NCBI GenBank assembly: GCA_963800585.1
Contig: CAWDBP010000006.1
Span: 219,400 to 283,399, forward strand
Reading direction: 5' to 3'
Origin: an uncultured Bacteroidales bacterium
Lineage (GTDB): Bacteria > Bacteroidota > Bacteroidia > Bacteroidales > FEN-979
DNA length: 64,000 bases
Within the stretch, counting starts at the first letter, position 1. Each line of letters opens with the position of its first letter. Made by a program: the position numbers and the translations under genes. This document shows positions 18,777 through 27,588 of the stretch, piece by piece. The notes beneath the pieces are model-generated. The model was not told the DNA's origin and did not search any database. It saw nothing but the letters and a program-made list of their open reading frames with translations.

Positions 18777-20224
18777 TGCTGATTTTTCCGGATATAATCA
18801 TTGTAATCATTGATCAGCGCCGAATAGAACATCTTGCCTACAACCCTTGCGCCTGCATAATTAAAATGCAGAAAGTCAGTGGTAGCCAGCGGCTCTTTCG
18901 CAAATACCCAGCTCGGCATGGAGTTTTTTCCTCCCATCGCTGCATAAAGGTTCCAGAATGCGCATCCGGCCTTGAATGCAGCCGCCTTCTGGGCAGTTAA
19001 TATCTTTTCTACACAGGGATAGGATTCGTAAGCGTCGCCATTCTTCCTGGAGGCATCGGATACCCCGATGACAATGATGCTCAGCCCCGGGTTCAGCTTC
19101 TTAAGCTGGCAGATCTGCGCATAGAGGCCATTCTCATAATAGGTATAATCGTCCAGGTCGCCGGGTACTACATTAACACCAAACTGTAAGATAAGCAGTT
19201 TGACATTCAGCGCCCTGTACATCCCTGTGAGCAGCGTCGGGCTCATACGGGTAAATTCCAGTCCTGAACTGCCCCGGATTGGGATGTTGTCAACCGATAT
19301 CCCGGAAGGAGCGTCAAGGCAGATGCCATAAAAATCAGGACTGTGTAACCCTGAGAATCGAATGGTCAGGCTCGAAGGGGCATCGTTAAATGAAAATACA
19401 TATTCTCCCAGCGATGGGCTTAACGGGAGCGTATCCGATTTTAACTTTGCCTCCCCGTCAGAGAAACTCACCCTTGCTCCCCGGTAATGGTTTCCATAAA
19501 AGATCCTGCATCGCTGGTACTGTCCGGCTTTTACGTCCGACAGGCCCTTCCCGCTAAAGGTGATCCATGCCCCCGATGGACTTCGGGTCCCTCCGGTCGA
19601 ATCTTTCGAATCGGATGAATAACAAAAATAGCTTCCCAACACCCCGTAAGGATGCGTCCCCTGGTCCTTGTATTTGGTCCCCATCAGGTTATGCCTTTCC
19701 CAGTTCCCGGAAGCCGATGAGAGAATGGCCAACCGGTAGGCCTCTTCGCCGATAGGCAGTATGCCCGGCCCCGATCCCCCGAACTCAGACTGGAACCGCG
19801 ACCTCAGGTAATCCGAAATGCGGTCTCCTTCAAGCTGGGAATCACCATAATGCAGGATGTGGATGGACTCCTTGGTGACCAGCGATTCACTGAGGTCGCG
19901 AAAGAATGGATAGAGAATGGTCTTATCATTGCCTGGGTAATCCAGCGGCTGGGATACTAATTTCAGGCAAACGGAATCCGGCTTTTTCAGGGTATCGGTC
20001 GTCGCGATCCTTACCAGTGAATCGGTATCCGACCGCTGAACCTGCATGATCGAAGCAATATCTGCATAGGCATTTTTACCGGGTTGGAAAAGGTTTCTAA
20101 GTGAGGGAAACCGGACGGAAAAATCCCGTGAAACAGTAAGATCGCGGTCAGGAATGATAAGTGAACTCAATCCGAAGAACAGGAACACGATCACTAAAAG
20201 TACGAAGATCCGGATAGGTTTCAT
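18773..20224 (-). CDS. SGNH/GDSL hydrolase-fold protein, membrane-anchored
   Basis: 483 aa. Blocks ILHYGDSQLEGDR, GSSGL, QFGVN and DFLHFN. Has a 4-nt ATGA overlap with the downstream SGNH gene. Confidence 0.8.
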   Translation of the reverse strand: MKPIRIFVLLVIVFLFFGLSSLIIPDRDLTVSRDFSVRFPSLRNLFQPGKNAYADIASIMQVQRSDTDSLVRIATTDTLKKPDSVCLKLVSQPLDYPGNDKTILYPFFRDLSESLVTKESIHILHYGDSQLEGDRISDYLRSRFQSEFGGSGPGILPIGEEAYRLAILSSASGNWERHNLMGTKYKDQGTHPYGVLGSYFCYSSDSKDSTGGTRSPSGAWITFSGKGLSDVKAGQYQRCRIFYGNHYRGARVSFSDGEAKLKSDTLPLSPSLGEYVFSFNDAPSSLTIRFSGLHSPDFYGICLDAPSGISVDNIPIRGSSGLEFTRMSPTLLTGMYRALNVKLLILQFGVNVVPGDLDDYTYYENGLYAQICQLKKLNPGLSIIVIGVSDASRKNGDAYESYPCVEKILTAQKAAAFKAGCAFWNLYAAMGGKNSMPSWVFAKEPLATTDFLHFNYAGARVVGKMFYSALINDYNDYIRKNQQ

Positions 20225-20254
20225 TCAGCTTCAGGGACAAATGGGATCCGCTAA

Positions 20255-21571
20255 TTATTTCTTGGTTGCAGCCGGCTGGTTTCCTGCCTTCTGAGACGTG
20301 AACAGGAGAAGCTGCTGACCGATCCTCAGGGAGTTCGACTTCAGATGATTCCACGACTTCAGGTCGGTAACCGTAACTCGGTACCTGGCAGCAATGGCGC
20401 CCAGTGTTTCTCCGGAACGGACGGTATGATAAACTTGGTTTTTGCCAGTGCTGCTGCTCTGCTCATTCCTTGGGTAATAATAAGCGTTCGGAAACGTGAT
20501 CGTACTCTGCCGCGATGCCATCACCACCGAGTCCTTGTAAAGAAATATAGAATCTTTATGAAGCCTGAATTTATCGCCATAGCTCACCGGCAGCTTGAGA
20601 ATGCAGATCTTCGGTCCTGCCGGAAGGATATCATGTTTGTACTGGGGATTCAGTTCCCGCAAAATAGGAATCGGGATATCCAGTACCTTCGAAACCTGCC
20701 TCAGGTGAAGCTCTTTATTAACCCAAACAGTGTCTGTAGCGAATGGGAGATCGGCCTGCAAAGGTTTCATCTTCAGTTGATCATGGTAGTTTACAAAATA
20801 GGTCATGGCAGCATAGGCAGGCAAATAATCCCGTGTCTCTGCCGGCAGATACGGATAGAGGCTCCAGAAATCTTTTTTCCCGTTTGCCCTGCGTATTGCC
20901 TTATTAACTACAGCAGGCCCCACAATATAAGCGGTCAGTGCAAGCGTCCAGTCCTGGTAAATAGCGAAAAAGTCCTTGAACTGCCTGGCAGCCGCATCGG
21001 TCGACTTCTCGTAATTCCTCCGTTCATCCACCATTGAATTAATCTCCAGCTTGTAGAGTTTTCCGCTGATATACATGATGTTCCAGATTCCTGCCGAGCC
21101 GAACACGGAGGAAGCTCCTGGATTGAATGCAGAAATAACCGAAGGAAGGTAAGCAAGCTCGCGGGGAACATCATATTTATCGAAAACCGACTGGAAAAGT
21201 GGTACATAATGATTGGCAAGCGTAAGCAACAGGCACGAGGCTTCTGGCTTCTTGAAAAGAAGCACATCGATGAATTCCTTCACCTTCGGATTGTACCCCA
21301 CATGGATCACTGAATTCATCTCTCCAACCTGCCGTGTAATGTCCGATTCCGACAACGACCGTAACCCTTGCATGGCCGTGGCAAGCATCTGGCTGTTCTC
21401 CTGCTCATGCCCTTTCAGCGCCTGCCTGTATTGACCGAGGTAAAGCGAGTCAAGTCGCAATTGAAAATAAGAAGGATTGAAAAAGATCGAATCAATGTTA
21501 ATGTGCCCATGCGTAAACCCGGTAACTGTCAACAGGATAAATAAAAAAATGAGGACACCTTTTTTGCGCAT
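20255..21571 (-). CDS. MltD-like lytic-transglycosylase-fold protein with C-terminal LysM domain (catalytic motifs degenerate)
   Basis: 438 aa. The SLT-domain region ELAYLPSVISAFNP...SAGIWNIM...VDERRNYEKST.AAA...DWTLALTAYIVGPAVVNKAIRR parallels the MltD family. The LysM domain reads YHTVRSGETLGAIAARYRVTVTDLKSWN. Confidence 0.85.
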   Translation of the reverse strand: MRKKGVLIFLFILLTVTGFTHGHINIDSIFFNPSYFQLRLDSLYLGQYRQALKGHEQENSQMLATAMQGLRSLSESDITRQVGEMNSVIHVGYNPKVKEFIDVLLFKKPEASCLLLTLANHYVPLFQSVFDKYDVPRELAYLPSVISAFNPGASSVFGSAGIWNIMYISGKLYKLEINSMVDERRNYEKSTDAAARQFKDFFAIYQDWTLALTAYIVGPAVVNKAIRRANGKKDFWSLYPYLPAETRDYLPAYAAMTYFVNYHDQLKMKPLQADLPFATDTVWVNKELHLRQVSKVLDIPIPILRELNPQYKHDILPAGPKICILKLPVSYGDKFRLHKDSIFLYKDSVVMASRQSTITFPNAYYYPRNEQSSSTGKNQVYHTVRSGETLGAIAARYRVTVTDLKSWNHLKSNSLRIGQQLLLFTSQKAGNQPAATKK

Positions 21572-21679
21572 AGAGAATATTTAATATGCAAATTAACGAA
21601 ATTTTATCCAGACAGCCGCACCTTTTAAGGAACATTTAAGAATTATTAACTCAGGTTCTTATGTAATTGTGATTTGTCT

Positions 21680-21687
21680 TACTTTTG
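21680..21687 (+). promoter_or_regulatory. Candidate Bacteroidota -7 promoter box (TACTTTTG fits TAnnTTTG)
   Basis: Exact match to the published Bacteroides sigma-A -7 consensus TAnnTTTG, 21 nt upstream of ATG 21708. A single short motif, so support is weak. Confidence 0.3.
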
Positions 21688-21707
21688 CTGAATATTACTT
21701 GTCTTCT

Positions 21708-22892
21708 ATGTTTCCTCGTTATAATACAATAGGTTTAGTCTGGCGAAGTCTCTGTATCGTCTTTGGATTCCTTCTTTTTTCCTGCGTTCAAGACCAGGCT
21801 TCCCGGAATACAGGCAATAAAACTACAAAGGATCCCCAAACCATAAATAAGGATTCCGGTGGCCCTCTCCTCGATACGGTTAACGACGAAATCGCCTCCG
21901 TGATCTCCGGCATAGACCCTGCCAATGGATGCAGGGACCTGTTCGTCGAAAAAAAATGGACGGCCTACAAGCAACACATTAAAGACGACTGGAAACTCGT
22001 GGAAAAAAATAAAACCGGCCCCATCGAACGCTGGAGAGACAAAAACCTTGAAGCAATTTCTAAAGATACCGCTACCGTATTTTACCCGTTTGCCGGTGCG
22101 GATTTCCTCTATGCGCATGCCTTCTTCCCGGATGCCGCCAACTACGTCCTCATAGGCCTGGAACCAATCGGCACCCTTCACAGTTGCAGGAAAATGGCAG
22201 GGACGGAGTTCCTGAACTACCTCGAAAAGATCAGGGCCTCCCTCTATTACTCAAACCTGCTGGGTTTCTTCAGGACCGAAAGCATGGAAACCGACCTCAA
22301 CCAGCAATCCCTCAACGGTACATTGCCATTGATTATCTTCTATATCCGGAAAACAGGTCACCGCATCGCCGGCATCACCTATTTTAACCTGGATAACAAT
22401 GGGGCCATCATTCCCTGCAGGCAGGACACAGCCACAATGGGCGTAAGAGTGTCCTTTTTCGATTCAACCTCAAAAAAACAGCAAACGCTCTGGTACCTTT
22501 CATGCGATCTTTCCGACCATAACCTGAAGAAGCATCCTGAGCTGCTTCAATTTGTAAAGCGGTTCGGTCAGCAGCTTTGTTTCCTGAAAGCAGCATCATA
22601 CCTCATGTTTTCCTCAAGGTTCCAGGTGATACGGAATTATCTTCTTAACCAGGAGTCGTCAGTCCTGCAGGATGATTCTGGGATTCCCTTCCGCTTTTTC
22701 AGGCCTTCCGGCTGGTCGGTACAGCTTTTCGGGACCTATACGAAGACCATCGACATGTTTAAATATAAATTCCAGCCCGACCTGCAATCTGCCTACGAAA
22801 AGCAGGAAACAAAACATTCGGTTCCCTTCCGGATCGGCTATAATGTGAAATTCAACGAGACTAACCTGCTCTTTGCTAAAAAGAAAAACTGA
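21708..22892 (+). CDS. Hypothetical lipoprotein, unrecognised family
   Basis: The track ORF starts at GTG 21669. I prefer ATG 21708 (MFPRYNTIGLVWRSLCIVFGFLLFSCVQD, with an LFSC lipobox), which sits 21 nt downstream of a TAnnTTTG box. I recognise no family motif. Confidence 0.6.
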   Translation: MFPRYNTIGLVWRSLCIVFGFLLFSCVQDQASRNTGNKTTKDPQTINKDSGGPLLDTVNDEIASVISGIDPANGCRDLFVEKKWTAYKQHIKDDWKLVEKNKTGPIERWRDKNLEAISKDTATVFYPFAGADFLYAHAFFPDAANYVLIGLEPIGTLHSCRKMAGTEFLNYLEKIRASLYYSNLLGFFRTESMETDLNQQSLNGTLPLIIFYIRKTGHRIAGITYFNLDNNGAIIPCRQDTATMGVRVSFFDSTSKKQQTLWYLSCDLSDHNLKKHPELLQFVKRFGQQLCFLKAASYLMFSSRFQVIRNYLLNQESSVLQDDSGIPFRFFRPSGWSVQLFGTYTKTIDMFKYKFQPDLQSAYEKQETKHSVPFRIGYNVKFNETNLLFAKKKN

Positions 22893-22894
22893 CC

Positions 22895-24241
22895 GTGCCC
22901 GGGAAAACTAAATTCAGTCTCTTGACTGCCACTTCAGTCGTGATCGCCAACATGATCGGGACCGGCGTCTTTACCAGTCTTGGGTTCCAGGTCATGGGCA
23001 TTACCAGCGGGCTCGCCCTGATGATGCTCTGGCTGCTGGGCGGCGTCGTTGCTCTGTGCGGGGCCTTTGCCTATTCCGAACTTAGCGTGCTCTACCCCCG
23101 GTCAGGCGGCGAATATCATTTTATCTCGAAAATATACCATCCCGGACTGGGTTTCCTGGCCGGCTGGATATCCATCACCGTGGGATTCGCTGCCCCCGTA
23201 GCCGCTGCCGCCATCGCCTTCGGAAAATATTTCTCCAGCGCCATCGACCTGAAACCCTATTTCCCCGGTTTCATGGGCCAGATGAACCTGCCTGTGCTGC
23301 TCTCTATCCTCCTGGTTCTCTTCCTTACCCTCCTCCATGGCACAAACAAGCACCTCGGCGCCGTCTTTCAGAATGTCATGACCGTGATCAAGATCTCTTT
23401 CATCATCCTCTTGTTTGTTCTCGGATTGACCTTCGGTCATTATGCCCATATAGGATTCTCAGTCGATCGCAAAGCCCTGAAAGATATCATAAGCCCCGCC
23501 TTCGCCATCTCGATGTATTTTGTCTCCTATTCCTATTCCGGCTGGAATGCGGCCGCCTATATCCTCAGCGAGATAAAAGACCCCCTGAAGAACACACCCA
23601 AAAGCCTCATCACCGGCACAAGCATAGTCATCCTTCTCTACATGATGATCAATTTCATCTTTCTTTATGCCGTCCCGATCCCCGAACTGGCAGGAAAGAT
23701 CGAGATCGGCTACATCTTTACCCGGAAGATCCTCGGCCATCAGGCCGGAGCCATAATCGGGCTGATCATCTCTTTCCTCCTGATCTCTTCCGTCAGCTCC
23801 ATGATCATCGTCGGCCCTCGCGTATATCATGCGATAGGGGAGGACTACCGTCTCTTGCGATGGCTCTCCCGCAAGCGAAACGACGTCCCCTACATCGCCA
23901 TCCTCTTCCAAAGCCTCATCTCCATATTCTTCATCCTCACCTCCACCTTCGAACAAGTCATCATCTTCGTCGGCTTCACACTTAACTTGTTTACATTCCT
24001 GAGCGTACTGGGCGTCTTCGTAACAAGGTTCAGACAAAACAAAACCGCAACCTTCTACCGCGCCTTCGGATATCCCTGGCTACCGGGTTTCTTTCTCCTC
24101 GTTAACACCTGGATCCTCGTATACGGCTTCATCTACAAGCCCCACGAATCCCTCGCCGGACTGGTAATAACCGCTTCCGGCTATATCATCTACCTCCTCT
24201 CCAAACCCGGTACCTACCCCCATACGGGCACAAAATCTTGA
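22895..24241 (+). CDS. APC family amino acid permease
   Basis: 448 aa with about 12 TM segments. N-terminal VIANMIGTGVFTSLG and ELS..YPRSGGEY motifs are typical of the APC superfamily. Starts 3 nt after the preceding gene. Confidence 0.85.
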   Translation: MPGKTKFSLLTATSVVIANMIGTGVFTSLGFQVMGITSGLALMMLWLLGGVVALCGAFAYSELSVLYPRSGGEYHFISKIYHPGLGFLAGWISITVGFAAPVAAAAIAFGKYFSSAIDLKPYFPGFMGQMNLPVLLSILLVLFLTLLHGTNKHLGAVFQNVMTVIKISFIILLFVLGLTFGHYAHIGFSVDRKALKDIISPAFAISMYFVSYSYSGWNAAAYILSEIKDPLKNTPKSLITGTSIVILLYMMINFIFLYAVPIPELAGKIEIGYIFTRKILGHQAGAIIGLIISFLLISSVSSMIIVGPRVYHAIGEDYRLLRWLSRKRNDVPYIAILFQSLISIFFILTSTFEQVIIFVGFTLNLFTFLSVLGVFVTRFRQNKTATFYRAFGYPWLPGFFLLVNTWILVYGFIYKPHESLAGLVITASGYIIYLLSKPGTYPHTGTKS

Positions 24242-24324
24242 GCCCCTACCCAACACCTTTTTTTCCAAAAATGCTTTGATTTGAATTTTACACGAAAACT
24301 TCTTTAAATTTGTAACTCATCCTT

Positions 24325-24408
24325 AAATCGTAAATCGTAAAATTAGAAATTCAATCGTAAATCTAAAATCGTCCAATCGTAAATCTTAAAAGTCCAATCG
24401 TAAATTAA
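24325..24408 (+). repeat. CGTAAAT-word array
   Basis: AAATCGTAAATCGTAAAATTAGAAATTCAATCGTAAATCTAAAATCGTCCAATCGTAAATCTTAAAAGTCCAATCGTAAATT. The core ATTCAATCGTAAATCGTCCAATCGTAAAT is shared with 26262-26290 and, with one extra CGTAAAT unit, with 47915-47950. Confidence 0.9.
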
Positions 24409-24420
24409 AAATGATTTGTC

Positions 24421-26151
24421 GTGTCTACTAACTTTTCTCTTGCGTGGGTCGATTACCTCGTAATGGTGATCTACTTCGTCTTCGTTCTCGGCATCGGCTG
24501 GGCGCTTAAGCGTTATATGAAAGATGCCAACGCCTTTCTCGAAGCCGGCCGCTCTATGCCTGCCTGGGTCGCCGGACTGGCATTTATCTCGACCAACCTC
24601 GGCGCCCTCGAAGTGATGGGCATGACGGGCTCAGGCGCTAAATATGGCATGCTTACAACCCATTTTTATTGGATAGGCGCCATCCCTGCCATGGTTTTCC
24701 TCGCAATGTTCATGATGCCATTCTACTATGGCTCTAAAGCGAGGTCTGTCCCCGAATATCTGAAATTGAGGTACGATGAGAAGACCCGGGGGCTTAATGC
24801 CGTTTTGTTCGCAGTCATGACCATCCTCGCATCGGGAATTTCAATGTATGCGCTCGCCATCCTGATGGAACGGGTGCTGGGCTGGAACTTCCACCTGAGT
24901 CTTATCCTCTCTGCGACAATCGTGCTTGCTTACACCTACCTCGGTGGTCTCTCTTCAGCCATCTATAACGAAGTGCTGCAATTCTTCATCATCGTGATAG
25001 GATTACTGCCCATCGTGATCTTATGTCTGAAGGATCTTGGCGGATGGACAGGCCTGCAGCATCAACTTGCCCCCATAGTCACTGCAAAAGGTTATGCGCC
25101 TGATACCTGGACCACAACCTGGAAATATACAGGAACAGCGAAAGCAAATCCTTTGGGAGTTGCCTGGTACGGCATCTTCGCTGGCTTGGGGTTTGTTCTT
25201 TCTTTTGGTTACTGGTGCACCAACTTTCTCATCGTGCAGCGGGCCATGTCGGCAAAATCGTCTGTGGCAGCGAGGAATACCCCACTCATTGGTGCCATCC
25301 CCAAGATGTTCATTCCATTTCTCATAATCGTCCCCGGAATTGCAGCTTTGGTCTTGCTGAATAAACAGGGCTCCGGATTTTCATTACCTGAAATCTCACC
25401 CGGTCATTACAATTACGACTATACGATCATCGCGCTGCTGAAACAATACCTGCCTGCCGGTGTCCTGGGATTGGGAATTACCGCCCTTCTGGCTTCCTTC
25501 ATGTCGGGAATGGCCGGAAATGTTTCTGCCTTTAATACGGTCTGGACCTACGATATCTACCAGAGCTATATCCGCCCGGTCACAGGGAATAAAGAGATGG
25601 ACGACAAACATTATCTCTTTGTCGGACGCATGGCCACGATATTCGGAGTAATTGTCAGCATAGCAGCCGCATACCTGGCCAGTCTCTTTGGCAACATCAT
25701 GGATTTCCTGCAAACCATCTTTTCGATGATCAATGCCCCATTATTTGCCGTGATTTTCCTTGGGATGTTCTGGAAACGGACTACCGGTCATGCCGCATTC
25801 ACCGGCTTGCTCGGTGGCTTTTTAATCGCTTTGATCCATCATGGCCTGACTTTTCCGGATGGCGCAAACACCCTGGTCAAAGGTGGCTGGATATATCATC
25901 TCCACATGTATCCCGTGGAAATGGCCCAGAACTTCTGGACCGCCATCTTCGCATTCTCCGCAAGCACTTTGTTAACCGTTGGATTATCACTGATAACAAA
26001 ACAAAAAAAGAGCGAAGCAGATCTCAAAGGCCTCGTATATTCCCTCACTCCGAAAGTAATAGAAAAACAGGTGGCCTGGTACCAGCGATCCTCAACCCTG
26101 GCAATCCTGGTCCTGACAATAGCCACAATCTTAACAATATTATTCTGGTAA
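24421..26151 (+). CDS. Sodium:solute symporter (SSS/SGLT family)
   Basis: 576 aa, GTG start, 13-14 TM segments. Has GGLSSAIYNEVLQ and an FMSGMAGN-type SSS pattern. Confidence 0.88.
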   Translation: MSTNFSLAWVDYLVMVIYFVFVLGIGWALKRYMKDANAFLEAGRSMPAWVAGLAFISTNLGALEVMGMTGSGAKYGMLTTHFYWIGAIPAMVFLAMFMMPFYYGSKARSVPEYLKLRYDEKTRGLNAVLFAVMTILASGISMYALAILMERVLGWNFHLSLILSATIVLAYTYLGGLSSAIYNEVLQFFIIVIGLLPIVILCLKDLGGWTGLQHQLAPIVTAKGYAPDTWTTTWKYTGTAKANPLGVAWYGIFAGLGFVLSFGYWCTNFLIVQRAMSAKSSVAARNTPLIGAIPKMFIPFLIIVPGIAALVLLNKQGSGFSLPEISPGHYNYDYTIIALLKQYLPAGVLGLGITALLASFMSGMAGNVSAFNTVWTYDIYQSYIRPVTGNKEMDDKHYLFVGRMATIFGVIVSIAAAYLASLFGNIMDFLQTIFSMINAPLFAVIFLGMFWKRTTGHAAFTGLLGGFLIALIHHGLTFPDGANTLVKGGWIYHLHMYPVEMAQNFWTAIFAFSASTLLTVGLSLITKQKKSEADLKGLVYSLTPKVIEKQVAWYQRSSTLAILVLTIATILTILFW

Positions 26152-26180
26152 AATAACCAAGAAACCATGACACAAATTAA

Positions 26181-26292
26181 TTTAGCGACCTTAGCGCCTT
26201 AGCGTCTTAGCGGTGAAAAAGGCTATTTGGAACCAACTCAATCCTAAATTATAAAATCGTACATTCAATCGTAAATCGTCCAATCGTAAATC
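26181..26292 (+). repeat. TTAGCG array (copy 3) followed by a CGTAAAT array
   Basis: TTTAGCGACCTTAGCGCCTTAGCGTCTTAGCGGTGAAAAA ... CCTAAATTATAAAATCGTACATTCAATCGTAAATCGTCCAATCGTAAATC. Confidence 0.9.
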
Positions 26293-26297
26293 AAAAT

Positions 26298-26510
26298 ATG
26301 GGTATAGACATAAAATTTCCAATCGGCCTCATGTTCTCAATCCTGGGCGTGATCCTTACTGCTTTCGGCTTGTTCACAAACGCTGACGCAGGCCTCTATC
26401 AGCGTTCCCTCGGAATAAACATCAACCTCTGGTCAGGGGTGGGAATGCTGGTATTCGGCTTAATTATGCTGGGATTGGCATTGAAAAGCAGTAAAGCAAA
26501 ATCCAAATGA
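26298..26510 (+). CDS. Small two-TM membrane protein
   Basis: 70 aa with two hydrophobic helices. Its end abuts ogt, whose ATG starts 1 nt after this ORF's end. Function unknown. Confidence 0.5.
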   Translation: MGIDIKFPIGLMFSILGVILTAFGLFTNADAGLYQRSLGININLWSGVGMLVFGLIMLGLALKSSKAKSK

Positions 26511-26511
26511 T

Positions 26512-26997
26512 ATGAACTCCATTCAAAGAGCATTCCTCGAAACACCCGTTGGCTTCGTGGAGATCGACTGCTCCGGGAAAGGTATCCGGAGCCTCGAGTT
26601 TATCAATTTTAAAGTCAGGATCAAGCGAACCCCCGCCTGTCTCAGGGATTGCAAAGATCAGCTTCGCGAATATTTCGAAGGAAAAAGGAAACAATTTACC
26701 GTTCCGCTCGACCTCGAAGGTTCTCCCTTTCAGTTAAAGGTATGGAATGAACTGTTGAAGATCCCCTACGGCACAACGATAACATACCTTGAGTTGGCAA
26801 GGAGAATAGGCGATGCCAAAGCCCTCAGGGCAGTAGGAGGGGCCAATGCCGCTAACCCTCTGTCAATTTTCATCCCCTGTCACAGGATAATTGGGGCCGA
26901 CGGCAAGCTTGTCGGTTATGCAGGAGGCCTCTGGCGCAAAAAATGGCTCCTCGAACATGAATATGCCTTCGCCCAGCGCGACCTCTTTTATGTTTAA
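26512..26997 (+). CDS. ogt: Methylated-DNA--protein-cysteine methyltransferase
   Basis: 161 aa. Active-site IPCHRIIG and upstream YGTTITY..LA motifs. Confidence 0.9.
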   Translation: MNSIQRAFLETPVGFVEIDCSGKGIRSLEFINFKVRIKRTPACLRDCKDQLREYFEGKRKQFTVPLDLEGSPFQLKVWNELLKIPYGTTITYLELARRIGDAKALRAVGGANAANPLSIFIPCHRIIGADGKLVGYAGGLWRKKWLLEHEYAFAQRDLFYV

Positions 26998-27010
26998 CCC
27001 GTAAATTCCA

Positions 27011-27550
27011 ATGCCAACTTATATTTCAATATTAAGAGGAATCAATGTCGGAGGTCATAACAAGATCCGGATGGACGACCTGAAAATGATCTGTGAAGGT
27101 TTAGGCTTCAAAGAAATTAGGACCTATATCCAGAGCGGCAATGTGATCTTTAAAACTGACAAACCGCATTCTGCCTCAGCCCTCTCCGCCCAGATTGAAC
27201 AAGCCATAAAAGAAAAGTACGCTTTCCAGGTCCCCGTAATAATCAGAACTAGCGACGAGATCCATTCAATCCTCTCATCGAACCCATTTCTAAATGAACC
27301 TGGAATCGACAGGGATAAACTCCACGTTACTTTCCTGGAAGAAGAACCGTCATCGGCAAATATCACCAAAATAACCCCATATGACTTCCCTCCCGACAGG
27401 TTCAGTGTCATTGGCAAAGAAGTCTACCTCTATTGCCCCAAAGGTTACGGAAACACAAAATTGTCGAATACTTTCTTCGAGAAAAACCTTCAAGCAAAAG
27501 CCACCACAAGAAACTGGAGAACAATCCTAAAACTGGCAGAACTCTCCTGA
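27011..27550 (+). CDS. DUF1697 domain protein
   Basis: 179 aa. N-terminal YISILRGINVGGHNKIRM, typical of DUF1697. Confidence 0.8.
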   Translation: MPTYISILRGINVGGHNKIRMDDLKMICEGLGFKEIRTYIQSGNVIFKTDKPHSASALSAQIEQAIKEKYAFQVPVIIRTSDEIHSILSSNPFLNEPGIDRDKLHVTFLEEEPSSANITKITPYDFPPDRFSVIGKEVYLYCPKGYGNTKLSNTFFEKNLQAKATTRNWRTILKLAELS

Positions 27551-27588
27551 ATCCTGATACAATTCTTAACTCTCTAACTGCGAACTGC

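Noticed and set aside
20345-21037. Long antisense ORFs in the track, such as 20345..21037, 23459..24037, 18180..18695, 47367..47867, 49259..49738 and 3722..4195.
   Set aside because: Each lies fully inside a well-supported gene on the opposite strand. Their composition is low-complexity or odd (for example Asp/Glu-rich or Arg/Pro-rich), as expected for shadow frames.
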